Shown: positions 9,621 through 17,318 of the stretch, piece after piece | How positions within the stretch are numbered: position 1 is the stretch's first letter | Layout of the letters: each line of letters begins with the position of its first letter | Sequence record: SRR31156797_1590 | Reading direction: 5' to 3' (one strand) | DNA: 45,978 nucleotides | The notes under the pieces: generated by a model | Told to the model about the DNA's origin: nothing | What the model saw: the letters and a program-made list of their open reading frames with translations, nothing else | Databases searched by the model: none | Translations under genes and position numbers: made by a program

Positions 9621-10007
9621 TTAATCCTGCGGCTTGAGATTTAAATCCATTCTGGTGCCTTCGGACCAGAGACCTTCCACGTTGTAAAAACCGCGGTTTT
9701 CTTCCTGAAAAATATGTACGATAATATCGTTCAGATCGAGAAGGATCCAGTCTCCGGTTTTGTAGCCTTCCATACCGAGGTACTCGATATTGTCATCAGA
9801 AAGCTGCTCCAGAACGAAATCAGCCAAAGCCTGTGCGTGACGCACACCTTTTGCTCCTGCAACCATCACCACTTCAGCGATGGGGCAGATTCCCTGTACG
9901 TCTACAGCGGAAATTTCACTGGCCTGTTTTTCATCCAACCATTCAGCAACAAGCTGAACTTTATCCTTAGTATCAATCTGTTTAAATTTCTTTTCTTTAG
10001 TTTTCAT
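9621..10007 (-). CDS. rsfS: Ribosome silencing factor RsfS (Iojap)
   Basis: WILLDLNDIIVHIF...RGFYNVEGLW; start taken at ATG 10007 rather than the ORF-track TTG 10070. Confidence 0.92.
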   Translation of the reverse strand: MKTKEKKFKQIDTKDKVQLVAEWLDEKQASEISAVDVQGICPIAEVVMVAGAKGVRHAQALADFVLEQLSDDNIEYLGMEGYKTGDWILLDLNDIIVHIFQEENRGFYNVEGLWSEGTRMDLNLKPQD

Positions 10008-10027
10008 TCTTTTGGTTTTATTAACCG

Positions 10028-10158
10028 GCGTCTTCCCCTTTCGGAAAACGCGCTTGAATTCGGACTGCAAACAGCGGGAATAAAAGGATTAACACCCCTG
10101 CGTGCCGGAGGTCCGTTACTCCCGGCCAGACGCAGTTCTCACATTTCGTCCAAAGTAC
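10028..10158 (-). ncRNA. Candidate structured 5' leader RNA of rsfS-gpmI
   Basis: GC-rich island between promoter and rsfS with three helices (10154-10148/10065-10059; 10135-10098; 10051-10028 with GAAA loop); family not recognised. Confidence 0.4.
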
Positions 10159-10164
10159 AATAAG

Positions 10165-10195
10165 ATTATATAGAGAATTTACGCCCGCTACGCAA
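10165..10195 (-). promoter_or_regulatory. Sigma70-type promoter for rsfS-gpmI
   Basis: TTGCGT (10195-10190), 17-19 nt spacer, TATATAAT (10172-10165). Confidence 0.6.
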
Positions 10196-10211
10196 TCTAT
10201 CTATAGCGGAC

Positions 10212-10247
10212 TTTTAAATCATTTTCAATTGTGAAAATTATTTTCGT
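10212..10247. promoter_or_regulatory. Tandem Fur-box-like palindromes
   Basis: TTTTAAATCATTTTCAA (10212-10228) and GTGAAAATTATTTTCGT (10231-10247), each 2 mismatches from WTGAAAATNATTTTCAW; AT-rich background lowers specificity. Confidence 0.35.
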
Positions 10248-10282
10248 TTATGAAAAAAGAACCCCGAAATTTCAATGAAATG

Positions 10283-10314
10283 TTGACGGTGGGTAAACAC
10301 TTATGTCATAAACT
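10283..10314 (+). promoter_or_regulatory. Probable promoter of the leader-paaK transcript
   Basis: TTGACG at 10283-10288; -10 ambiguous (CATAAA at 18-nt spacing or TAAACT at 10309-10314). Confidence 0.45.
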
Positions 10315-10319
10315 TCTCC

Positions 10320-10379
10320 ATGCTTAACCACGACCTTTTTTCCTTTTTCTTTTTTTTCTTTTTTAGGACTGAAATATAG
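10320..10379 (+). CDS. Phe-rich attenuator leader peptide MLNHDLFSFFFFFFFRTEI
   Basis: ATG CTT AAC CAC GAC CTT TTT TCC TTT TTC TTT TTT TTC TTT TTT AGG ACT GAA ATA TAG; 8 Phe codons, 7 consecutive; overlaps alternative RNA stems. Confidence 0.85.
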   Translation: MLNHDLFSFFFFFFFRTEI

Positions 10380-10456
10380 TCATCCCGTGGTTATGGAAAA
10401 ATACACTTACTGAGAGTTTACCGGGCCACGGGCGCAAACCCCGTGGCCTTTTTTTT
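10325..10456 (+). promoter_or_regulatory. Ribosome-mediated transcription attenuator
   Basis: 1:2 TAACCACG (10325-10332)/CGTGGTTA (10386-10393); 2:3 CCCGTGG (10384-10390)/CCACGGG (10426-10432); 3:4 terminator plus U8. Confidence 0.85.
10424..10456 (+). terminator. Attenuator terminator upstream of paaK
   Basis: GGCCACGGG-CGCAAAC-CCCGTGGCC-TTTTTTTT, about 50 nt before the paaK ATG. Confidence 0.92.
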
Positions 10457-10507
10457 ATTTTGTAACTTAAACCCTGTACCGGGATCAGCCATATCAGGAG
10501 GCAAGCG

Positions 10508-11818
10508 ATGATCTTCGACGTAGACAAGGAAACAATGCCGAGGGAAGAGCTGGAAGCATTACAGCTCAGACGTCTTAAACAGCTTTGCGAGCGCGTTTAT
10601 GCCAACGTTCCTTTTTACACCAACAAGTTTAAAGAACTGGGCATAGAACCCAAGGATATAAATTCTCTATCCGACCTGACCAGACTGCCTTTCACCGAAA
10701 AGCAGGACCTGCGCAACCACTACCCCTTCGGCCTTTTTGCTGTTTCCCGCGAGAACATCGTCCGCATCCACTCCTCTTCCGGTACCACTGGCAAGGCTAC
10801 TGTTGTCGGCTACACCAAACGCGACATCAAAAACTGGGCGGACCTGATGGCCCGTTCCTTCGCCATTGCCGGCGCAACTCCAGAAGACAGCATCCACAAC
10901 GCCTACGGCTACGGCCTTTTCACCGGGGGCCTCGGCGCACACTACGGAGCAGAAGCTCTCGGTGCGACCATCATCCCGGTTTCCGGCGGCGGTACCAGAC
11001 GCCAGATCATGCTGCTCAAAGATTTCGGTGCAGACGTAATCTGCTGCACTCCTTCCTACGCCCTGTTCCTCTACGAGACAGGTAAAGAAATGGGCATTGA
11101 TTTCAGCAAGCTGCCCCTGCGCATAGGTATTTTCGGCGCTGAGCCATGGACAGAATCCATGCGCCGCGACATCGAAAGTAAGCTGAACATCAAAGCCCTC
11201 GACATCTACGGCCTTTCCGAGATCATGGGCCCCGGTGTTGCTATGGAATGTGCCGAAGAACAAAACGGCCTACACATCATGGAAGACCACTTCCTGCCCG
11301 AGATCATCAACCCCGAAACAGGCGAGCACGTGGAACCGGGCGAGGCTGGAGAGCTGGTAATCACCACCCTGACCAAAGAAGGCATTCCGCTTATCCGCTA
11401 CCGCACTCGCGACCTGACCCGCTTGAACTACACCGCCTGCCGCTGCGGCCGCACTTTCGCCCGCATGCAGCGTATCATGGGACGCAGTGACGACATGCTC
11501 ATCATTCGCGGCGTGAACGTATTCCCGTCCCAGATCGAGTCCATCCTCATCGAAACAGAAGGTCTCTCCCCGCATTACCAGCTGGTGGTTGAACGCGACG
11601 GAAACCTCGACATCCTGACTGTAAAAGTCGAAATTTCTGGTGCCGCTTTCTCCGATGAAATTAAAAATTTACAGCGTCTCGAAAGAAAGATACAAAAAAC
11701 TATTAAGGAATTCCTTGGCGTAACCGCCCGGGTCAAACTTGTGGAACCCAAATCCATTGAACGTTCCGTAGGTAAGGCCCAGAGAATTCTCGACCTGCGT
11801 AATCAGGACCAGCAATAG
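10508..11818 (+). CDS. paaK: Phenylacetate-CoA ligase
   Basis: [68 protein letters not shown] at 10496-10501. Confidence 0.93.
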   Translation: MIFDVDKETMPREELEALQLRRLKQLCERVYANVPFYTNKFKELGIEPKDINSLSDLTRLPFTEKQDLRNHYPFGLFAVSRENIVRIHSSSGTTGKATVVGYTKRDIKNWADLMARSFAIAGATPEDSIHNAYGYGLFTGGLGAHYGAEALGATIIPVSGGGTRRQIMLLKDFGADVICCTPSYALFLYETGKEMGIDFSKLPLRIGIFGAEPWTESMRRDIESKLNIKALDIYGLSEIMGPGVAMECAEEQNGLHIMEDHFLPEIINPETGEHVEPGEAGELVITTLTKEGIPLIRYRTRDLTRLNYTACRCGRTFARMQRIMGRSDDMLIIRGVNVFPSQIESILIETEGLSPHYQLVVERDGNLDILTVKVEISGAAFSDEIKNLQRLERKIQKTIKEFLGVTARVKLVEPKSIERSVGKAQRILDLRNQDQQ

Positions 11819-11844
11819 AACCTATTCAAATGCGAGGAAACACC

Positions 11845-12276
11845 ATGAAATGTGACCAGCTATCCATATTCCTTGAGAACCGTGCCGGAAGACTCGCCGA
11901 GGTAACCCGTCTGCTTACCGAGAACAAAGTCAACATCCGCGCTCTCTCCCTTGCCGACACTTCCGATTTCGGTATCCTGAGAGTTATTGTCTCCGACTTT
12001 GATACCGCACAGAAAGTGCTCAAAGACGCAGGCTTCACCGTAGGCAAAACCTCCGTTGTTGCCGTAGAAGTTGACGACCAGCCCGGCGGACTGCACAACC
12101 TGCTCGAAATGCTGCGCGGCTCCGGCATCAACGTGGAATACATGTACGCCTTCGTACACCAGTCAGGCTCCAACGCCGTGATCATCTTCCGCTTCGATCG
12201 CACCGATCAAGCCATCGAACTGCTCGAATCCAAGAATATCAAAATGATCCCCAGCGAAGAACTTTGTAAGCTGTAA
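11845..12276 (+). CDS. Tandem ACT-domain (amino acid-binding) protein
   Basis: QLSIFLENRAGRL...NIRALSLADTSDFGILR...DQPGGL...NVEYMYAF; GAGG SD before ATG 11845. Confidence 0.9.
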   Translation: MKCDQLSIFLENRAGRLAEVTRLLTENKVNIRALSLADTSDFGILRVIVSDFDTAQKVLKDAGFTVGKTSVVAVEVDDQPGGLHNLLEMLRGSGINVEYMYAFVHQSGSNAVIIFRFDRTDQAIELLESKNIKMIPSEELCKL

Positions 12277-12299
12277 TAAATTATTACACTGAAACATTT

Positions 12300-12339
12300 A
12301 AGGGAGATTTTAACTTGAAATAGTTAAAATCTCCCTTTT
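12300..12339 (+). terminator. Terminator of the paaK-ACT operon
   Basis: AAGGGAGATTTTAACT-TGAAAT-AGTTAAAATCTCCCTT followed by TT. Confidence 0.8.
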
Positions 12340-12355
12340 CATTTATGATTATAAA

Positions 12356-13783
12356 ATGAATACCAAACTACTCAAACAAGAAGCTTCCTGCATATGGCGT
12401 ATGGAAAAATACGGTCCCATGCGCGTGGACGGGCTTTTCTTCGGCAACAAGGACATCATCCTTGAACTGGACGACACAACAGTTTCGCAGGTCCGCGATG
12501 TAGCATCGCTTCCGGGAGTAGTCGGTCCGGTCTGCGCTATGCCGGATGCCCATTCTGGGTACGGCTTTCCCATCGGTGGGGTTGGAGCCTTTGATGAGAA
12601 ACACGGCGTTATCTCTGCAGGCGGGGTAGGATTTGATATTTCCTGCGGCGTACGCACCCTGACCACCGGACTGAAGAAGCAGGATTTGATTACTTGCGAT
12701 ACAAAGTTGGCTGACCTGCTTTTCAAACGGGTTCCATCAGGAACGGGAGTTGGCGGTGACATTATCCTTAAAGGCGAACAGCTTGATGATATGCTGCTTG
12801 GAGGTGCTTCATGGGCTGTTGGTCAGGGATTTGGTAAACCGGAGGACCTCGGCAGGATTGAGGGCAATGGCAAAAATAATTTTTCCAATCCGGACAAGGT
12901 GCCGCTCAAGGCCAAGCAACGTATGAGTAATCAGATGGGATCGCTTGGCTCCGGCAACCACTATCTGGAAGTTCAGTATGTAGAAGAAATTTACGATAAT
13001 ACAAAAGCTAAGGCTTTCGGCATCGATATTGATGATGTGGTGGTCAGCATTCATTGCGGATCACGCGGGCTGGGGCACCAAATCGCCAAGGATTACCTGC
13101 CTATGATGGCTGCGGCAGCTCCTGAATTCGGTATCAAACTGCCCCACCGCGATATTGCCTGCGCGCCAATTAATTCCGAGCTTGGACAAGATTACCTCGG
13201 AGCCATGGGAGCAGGGATAAACTGCGCCCTCGCTAATCGGCAGGTCATCACCCACCTTGTGCGGGAATGCTTTACGAATATTCTGCCTCAGGCTGACTTA
13301 CAACTGCTTTATGATGTCAGCCACAACACCTGCCAGCGCGAAGAATTCAAGATCAACGGTAAAAAGAAAAACCTTTGGGTGCACCGCAAAGGCGCAACCC
13401 GCGCACTGGGACCGGGACACCCTGAACTGGGCCGAGAATTCAAGAAACACGGTCAGCCCGTGATTATCGGCGGAAGTATGGGCACGGCTTCTTACATACT
13501 TGCCGGGACAAAACAGGCTGCAAAAATTTCATTCTCATCGTGCTGCCATGGCGCTGGACGGGTTATGAGTCGAGCCAAAGCCCGCAAAAATTTCAAAGGC
13601 AATAAAATTCAAAAAGAACTGGGTAGACGCGGAATCACCATCCGTACTGGATCATTCAAAGGCATTGCTGAAGAAGCCCCTCTTGCCTACAAGGATGTAG
13701 ACATGATCATCCAATCAGCCCAAACTGCCGGAATTGCTGAAAAGGTTGCCCGCTTACGCCCCATTTTATGTATTAAAGGCTAA
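12356..13783 (+). CDS. rtcB: RtcB-family RNA 3'-phosphate/5'-OH ligase
   Basis: MPDAHSGYGFPIGG, GFDISCG, GSGNHYLE, HCGSRG, HN, HRKGAT, HGAGR, EAPLAYKD. Confidence 0.93.
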   Translation: MNTKLLKQEASCIWRMEKYGPMRVDGLFFGNKDIILELDDTTVSQVRDVASLPGVVGPVCAMPDAHSGYGFPIGGVGAFDEKHGVISAGGVGFDISCGVRTLTTGLKKQDLITCDTKLADLLFKRVPSGTGVGGDIILKGEQLDDMLLGGASWAVGQGFGKPEDLGRIEGNGKNNFSNPDKVPLKAKQRMSNQMGSLGSGNHYLEVQYVEEIYDNTKAKAFGIDIDDVVVSIHCGSRGLGHQIAKDYLPMMAAAAPEFGIKLPHRDIACAPINSELGQDYLGAMGAGINCALANRQVITHLVRECFTNILPQADLQLLYDVSHNTCQREEFKINGKKKNLWVHRKGATRALGPGHPELGREFKKHGQPVIIGGSMGTASYILAGTKQAAKISFSSCCHGAGRVMSRAKARKNFKGNKIQKELGRRGITIRTGSFKGIAEEAPLAYKDVDMIIQSAQTAGIAEKVARLRPILCIKG

Positions 13784-13824
13784 TAATTGTGGAAATAGAT
13801 TTTGTTTTGGACTAAGTTACTCTG

Positions 13825-14169
13825 ATGGAAAATATTGAAGTAATTAACAAGGATTGGCTGGCTTCCATGGCCTCCACTAAAAAGGAATTCCTGACCAAGC
13901 TTTTCGCCGTTTTCCTGCGAGATGAACCCGCCCGGGTAATCAAAATAAGGGAAGCTTTTGAAGCCGGACAAATGGATGAACTTAAATACCTTGCCCACTC
14001 CCTTAAAGGCGCAGCCGCCACCATGGGAGCAGACAGGGTTCGTGAAGCCTGCCTGAAACTGGAATACAGTGCCCGTGACGGAGACAAGGAACTCTCAGAA
14101 GAGAACATGCATGTTCTGGAAGATGAGATGAAACTTGTTTACGATTTCATGAGCGAGTTCATTCATTAA
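13825..14169 (+). CDS. Stand-alone Hpt phosphotransfer protein
   Basis: LAHSLKGAAATMGA motif in a small helical protein. Confidence 0.88.
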   Translation: MENIEVINKDWLASMASTKKEFLTKLFAVFLRDEPARVIKIREAFEAGQMDELKYLAHSLKGAAATMGADRVREACLKLEYSARDGDKELSEENMHVLEDEMKLVYDFMSEFIH

Positions 14170-14196
14170 CCCAATAAATTTACGCTGAATATTCAT

Positions 14197-14230
14197 AAAA
14201 AAACCGGGGAATCACTTCCCCGGTTTTTTT
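14197..14230. terminator. Bidirectional terminator between Hpt and kup
   Basis: A7-CCGGGGAA-TCAC-TTCCCCGG-T7 between convergent genes. Confidence 0.9.
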
Positions 14231-16094
14231 ATATTTTAATCGCTGTACCGATAGTAATAACCTTATCCGCTGGAATCCGTAAATAATCCAAGGGGTCTTC
14301 AGAAATGGAGCTGAGCATGATAAAAATTTTCCGCCGCAACAGATGTTTTTTATCTTCCTTGTTAAAACGCAGCAACATCCGTCCGATATAAAAATAATTA
14401 TCCGTACTGCTAAGTCCCAGCTGGTTCCATGACTGCACCAAGACCAATGACAGATTGGGCTTCTCCATAAAGCCGTAATTCACGGTCATCCAATAAATAT
14501 TCTTTTCAACATTTTTTAATGAGATGCGTTTGTGCAAATCAAGATACGGCTCGCTGGAGGTGTTCACCCTCAGGAAAACCAACTTCTCGTGAACTACCCG
14601 ATTGTTTCGCAAATGTTGTAAAAAAGCATGCGGTATGAATTCAGAAGCGGAAAGAAATACAGCTTCTCCGGGAACCTTTGCCAACATGTACTTATCAATT
14701 TCAGATTCCAGATCAGATACTTCAAGCCCGCGAGCCTGCAACTGCTCACGAAGCTTGGCCCTGCCCCAAATCCAGACAGACATGCCATAGGCAACTAAAC
14801 CAGCCAGCAGTATAGGAAACCAGCCGCCCCCGGCAATCTTGGTAAAGTTGACGATAAAAAAACCAATATCAAACAGTGCAAAAAATCCGGTCAGTATTGC
14901 TGCAAATATCCACGGACAATTGCGGATTTTCCGCAGATAAAACCAGAATAGATAGGTGGTGATGACCATGGTTCCGGTAATGGCGATCCCGTAGGCCCCG
15001 GCCAGATGCTCCGAACCTTCAAAAACCAACACCAAAAAAATACACAGCCCTGCCATGACCCAATTAACTGAACGCACAAAAACCTGACCCGGATTTTCTT
15101 CTGATGTCTGCATGATACGGATACGCGGGATAAAACCGAGATGGACAGCCTGAGCGGTCAGAGAGAAGGCCCCGGAGATAATAGCCTGTGAAGCTATAAT
15201 TGCAGCAAAGGTTGCCAGCGCTACCATGGGCAGCATCAGAAATTTGGGAAAAAGGCTGAAGAACGGATTAATGATTGATTTAGGATTTTCAATCAGCATA
15301 GCCCCCTGCCCCAGATAATTAAGAACCAGACTTGGTAGAGCAACAAAATACCATGCAAGGGTTATCGGCCTGCGTCCGAAATGGCCCATATCAGCGAAAA
15401 GAGCCTCGCCCCCGGTAACACAAAGAACAACCGCCCCAAGAACCATGATTCCGGCCAGACCGTTTTCAGCAAAAAAGTTCAATGCATGGTAAGGGCTGAA
15501 CGCCTGTAGCACCTCCGGATTTCCCACTGCGGAAAACAGTCCGAAAGCACCTATCACCGTAAACCAGAGCAGCATAACCGGACCGAACAAGCGCCCTATT
15601 TTATCAGTACCGCTACTCTGAAAAGCGAACAGGGCCAGAAGAATAGTGCAGGCAATATGCGGGGTATACTTATGCGCGGCAGTGGTTGCCACATCAAGCC
15701 CTTCGATGGCGGAAAGCACAGAAATGGCTGGAGTGATAACTCCGTCACCATAAAGTAGAGCCCCGCCGATCATAGCCGCAAAAAGCATAAATGAAGCAGA
15801 CCTGCGCTGCCCTTTATGGCTAACAAGTTCGTAAAGCGCAAAAATACCGCCCTCGCCCTCGTTATCCGCAGCCATGACAAAAGTTACGTATTTCAAGCAG
15901 ATCACGATCAACAGAGACCAGATAATCAGCGAAAGCACCCCCAACACATTACCCGGGTTGAGTGCAATGGCATGGTGACCGCTGAAACAAGCCTTCATGG
16001 CATAAAGGGGACTGGTTCCGATATCGCCGAAGACAACTCCCAGTGCCCCCAAGGCCAACGCTGCCTGATGGCTTTTATCTTTCTGTTTTTTCAT
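14229..16094 (-). CDS. kup: KUP/HAK/KT potassium transporter
   Basis: LGVVFGDIGTSPLY, DNEGEGG, GDGVITPAISVLSA, GGEALFADMGHF. Confidence 0.96.
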   Translation of the reverse strand: MKKQKDKSHQAALALGALGVVFGDIGTSPLYAMKACFSGHHAIALNPGNVLGVLSLIIWSLLIVICLKYVTFVMAADNEGEGGIFALYELVSHKGQRRSASFMLFAAMIGGALLYGDGVITPAISVLSAIEGLDVATTAAHKYTPHIACTILLALFAFQSSGTDKIGRLFGPVMLLWFTVIGAFGLFSAVGNPEVLQAFSPYHALNFFAENGLAGIMVLGAVVLCVTGGEALFADMGHFGRRPITLAWYFVALPSLVLNYLGQGAMLIENPKSIINPFFSLFPKFLMLPMVALATFAAIIASQAIISGAFSLTAQAVHLGFIPRIRIMQTSEENPGQVFVRSVNWVMAGLCIFLVLVFEGSEHLAGAYGIAITGTMVITTYLFWFYLRKIRNCPWIFAAILTGFFALFDIGFFIVNFTKIAGGGWFPILLAGLVAYGMSVWIWGRAKLREQLQARGLEVSDLESEIDKYMLAKVPGEAVFLSASEFIPHAFLQHLRNNRVVHEKLVFLRVNTSSEPYLDLHKRISLKNVEKNIYWMTVNYGFMEKPNLSLVLVQSWNQLGLSSTDNYFYIGRMLLRFNKEDKKHLLRRKIFIMLSSISEDPLDYLRIPADKVITIGTAIKI

Positions 16095-16122
16095 AACCTT
16101 CCCATGCGGGACTTTGCCGAAG

Positions 16123-16160
16123 AAAAAAGGGGAAAACTATCTGGCACAATAGTTTCCCCC
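16123..16160 (-). terminator. Terminator after the NTF2-like gene, just upstream of kup
   Basis: Minus strand GGGGGAAACTAT-TGTGCCAG-ATAGTTTTCCCC-TTTTTT. Confidence 0.75.
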
Positions 16161-16180
16161 TCCCTATGAAGCATATTAAT

Positions 16181-16651
16181 TTACTTACCTTTACGCCCGT
16201 AGGTTTCCTTCTCAATTAACCATTTTCCATCCTTACGCAAAAATTCAAAAGAAGGAGTAAACTTTCCACGCCCGTCATTACTCCGGTAATCCCACTGCAC
16301 CCTTATACTGCATTTGTTACCCTCAACCTTGAATGTAGTAATCTTGAACAAACGTAATTTGAAGGCACTATCCACCCAATAGGAAGAACAACGAGCCAAA
16401 CTTTCACTGAAATCTGCAAACAGGAGGTCTTCCGTTGATTTACAAGGAAAAGATCTTACAACCGCATTATCAGCATACAAGGTATGAATGGCATCAAAAT
16501 CCCGAAGATTGTAGGCATCCTTATAATCAAAAAGTACATCCTTAATCTGGTCCCGGACTTCATCTTCAGCAGAAGCTCCGGCAGAAACAGCAGAGCAGAC
16601 AACAACCAGCAACATCAACATTGAGAGTAAAATTTTCTTCACAACAAACAC
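16181..16651 (-). CDS. Exported NTF2/SnoaL-like fold protein
   Basis: Signal peptide; AYNLRDFDAIHTLYADNA and KDGKWLI patterns; start may be GTG 16642. Confidence 0.65.
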   Translation of the reverse strand: MFVVKKILLSMLMLLVVVCSAVSAGASAEDEVRDQIKDVLFDYKDAYNLRDFDAIHTLYADNAVVRSFPCKSTEDLLFADFSESLARCSSYWVDSAFKLRLFKITTFKVEGNKCSIRVQWDYRSNDGRGKFTPSFEFLRKDGKWLIEKETYGRKGK

Positions 16652-16709
16652 CTTCTGATATGTTTATTTTATGCAACTGCATTCCTTTTAAAACAATTTG
16701 AAATAAAAA

Positions 16710-17318
16710 TCAGCAAATCCCGTTCATCATGCGCCACTTTTGCAGACAGTTTTGTACTTCCTCAAAAGTTTCGTCAGGCGTTCTTCCGGCAGTATCTACA
16801 ATGCACTCGGCATTATGATCTTCCTGAAATTTCACATCCACCCCGATAACTTCTCCAAGATCCCTGAATTCCTTTCCAGTACGCTGTCGCTCAAGAGCCT
16901 TTTCATACAATCCGGCCATGACCAGTCCCTGCTGCCGCCCGGACTCACGCTTCATGGCCATATTCACAGGGCAACGCAGGTACACTTCTGCAAAAAACTC
17001 TATCTTCTCACGGGCATCATTTCGCCAGCAAAGTTCATGCGCGGAACCGTCCAGAATCACACAACGCCCAGACTCCATAATCGAAATAGCATCTTCCACA
17101 AAAAGATTATAGGCCCGCTGCCGTTCATCACAGGTGTATTCAGGATTGGGAATATAGATTTTCCGCCGCTCATCCATGCAGAGCAAGACAACCTTAACCC
17201 CTTCTGCGCGCAATTGGTCGTACAATTTTCTAGCAATCGTACTCTTACCGCATGCAGGCAAACCGGTAATCCAGATAGCCCAGTTTCTGTTAACGCATAT
17301 ACCTTTCGAATTGGACAT
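16710..17318 (-). CDS. Adenylyl-sulfate-kinase-like P-loop kinase
   Basis: WITGLPACGKSTIA, FAEVYLRCP, GLYEKA; start at ATG 17318 behind GAGG, overlapping the upstream gene end. Confidence 0.75.
   Translation of the reverse strand: MSNSKGICVNRNWAIWITGLPACGKSTIARKLYDQLRAEGVKVVLLCMDERRKIYIPNPEYTCDERQRAYNLFVEDAISIMESGRCVILDGSAHELCWRNDAREKIEFFAEVYLRCPVNMAMKRESGRQQGLVMAGLYEKALERQRTGKEFRDLGEVIGVDVKFQEDHNAECIVDTAGRTPDETFEEVQNCLQKWRMMNGIC

Noticed and set aside
10008-10070. N-terminal extension of RsfS in the ORF track
   Set aside because: TTG start without SD, lying within the structured leader; ATG 10007 gives a typical RsfS length
10028-10158. 6S RNA, SRP RNA, or a known riboswitch (TPP, glycine, SAM, c-di-GMP)
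   Set aside because: I could not find their conserved sequence signatures by eye; kept only as an unassigned structured leader
10336-10364. Poly-T tract as a phase-variable slippage repeat, sequencing artefact or terminator U tract
   Set aside because: It reads in frame as Phe codons between an ATG and a TAG, no hairpin immediately precedes it, and the attenuator model explains it better
16710-17318. Assigning the symbol cysC
   Set aside because: Key APS-binding motifs diverge and there is no cys gene context
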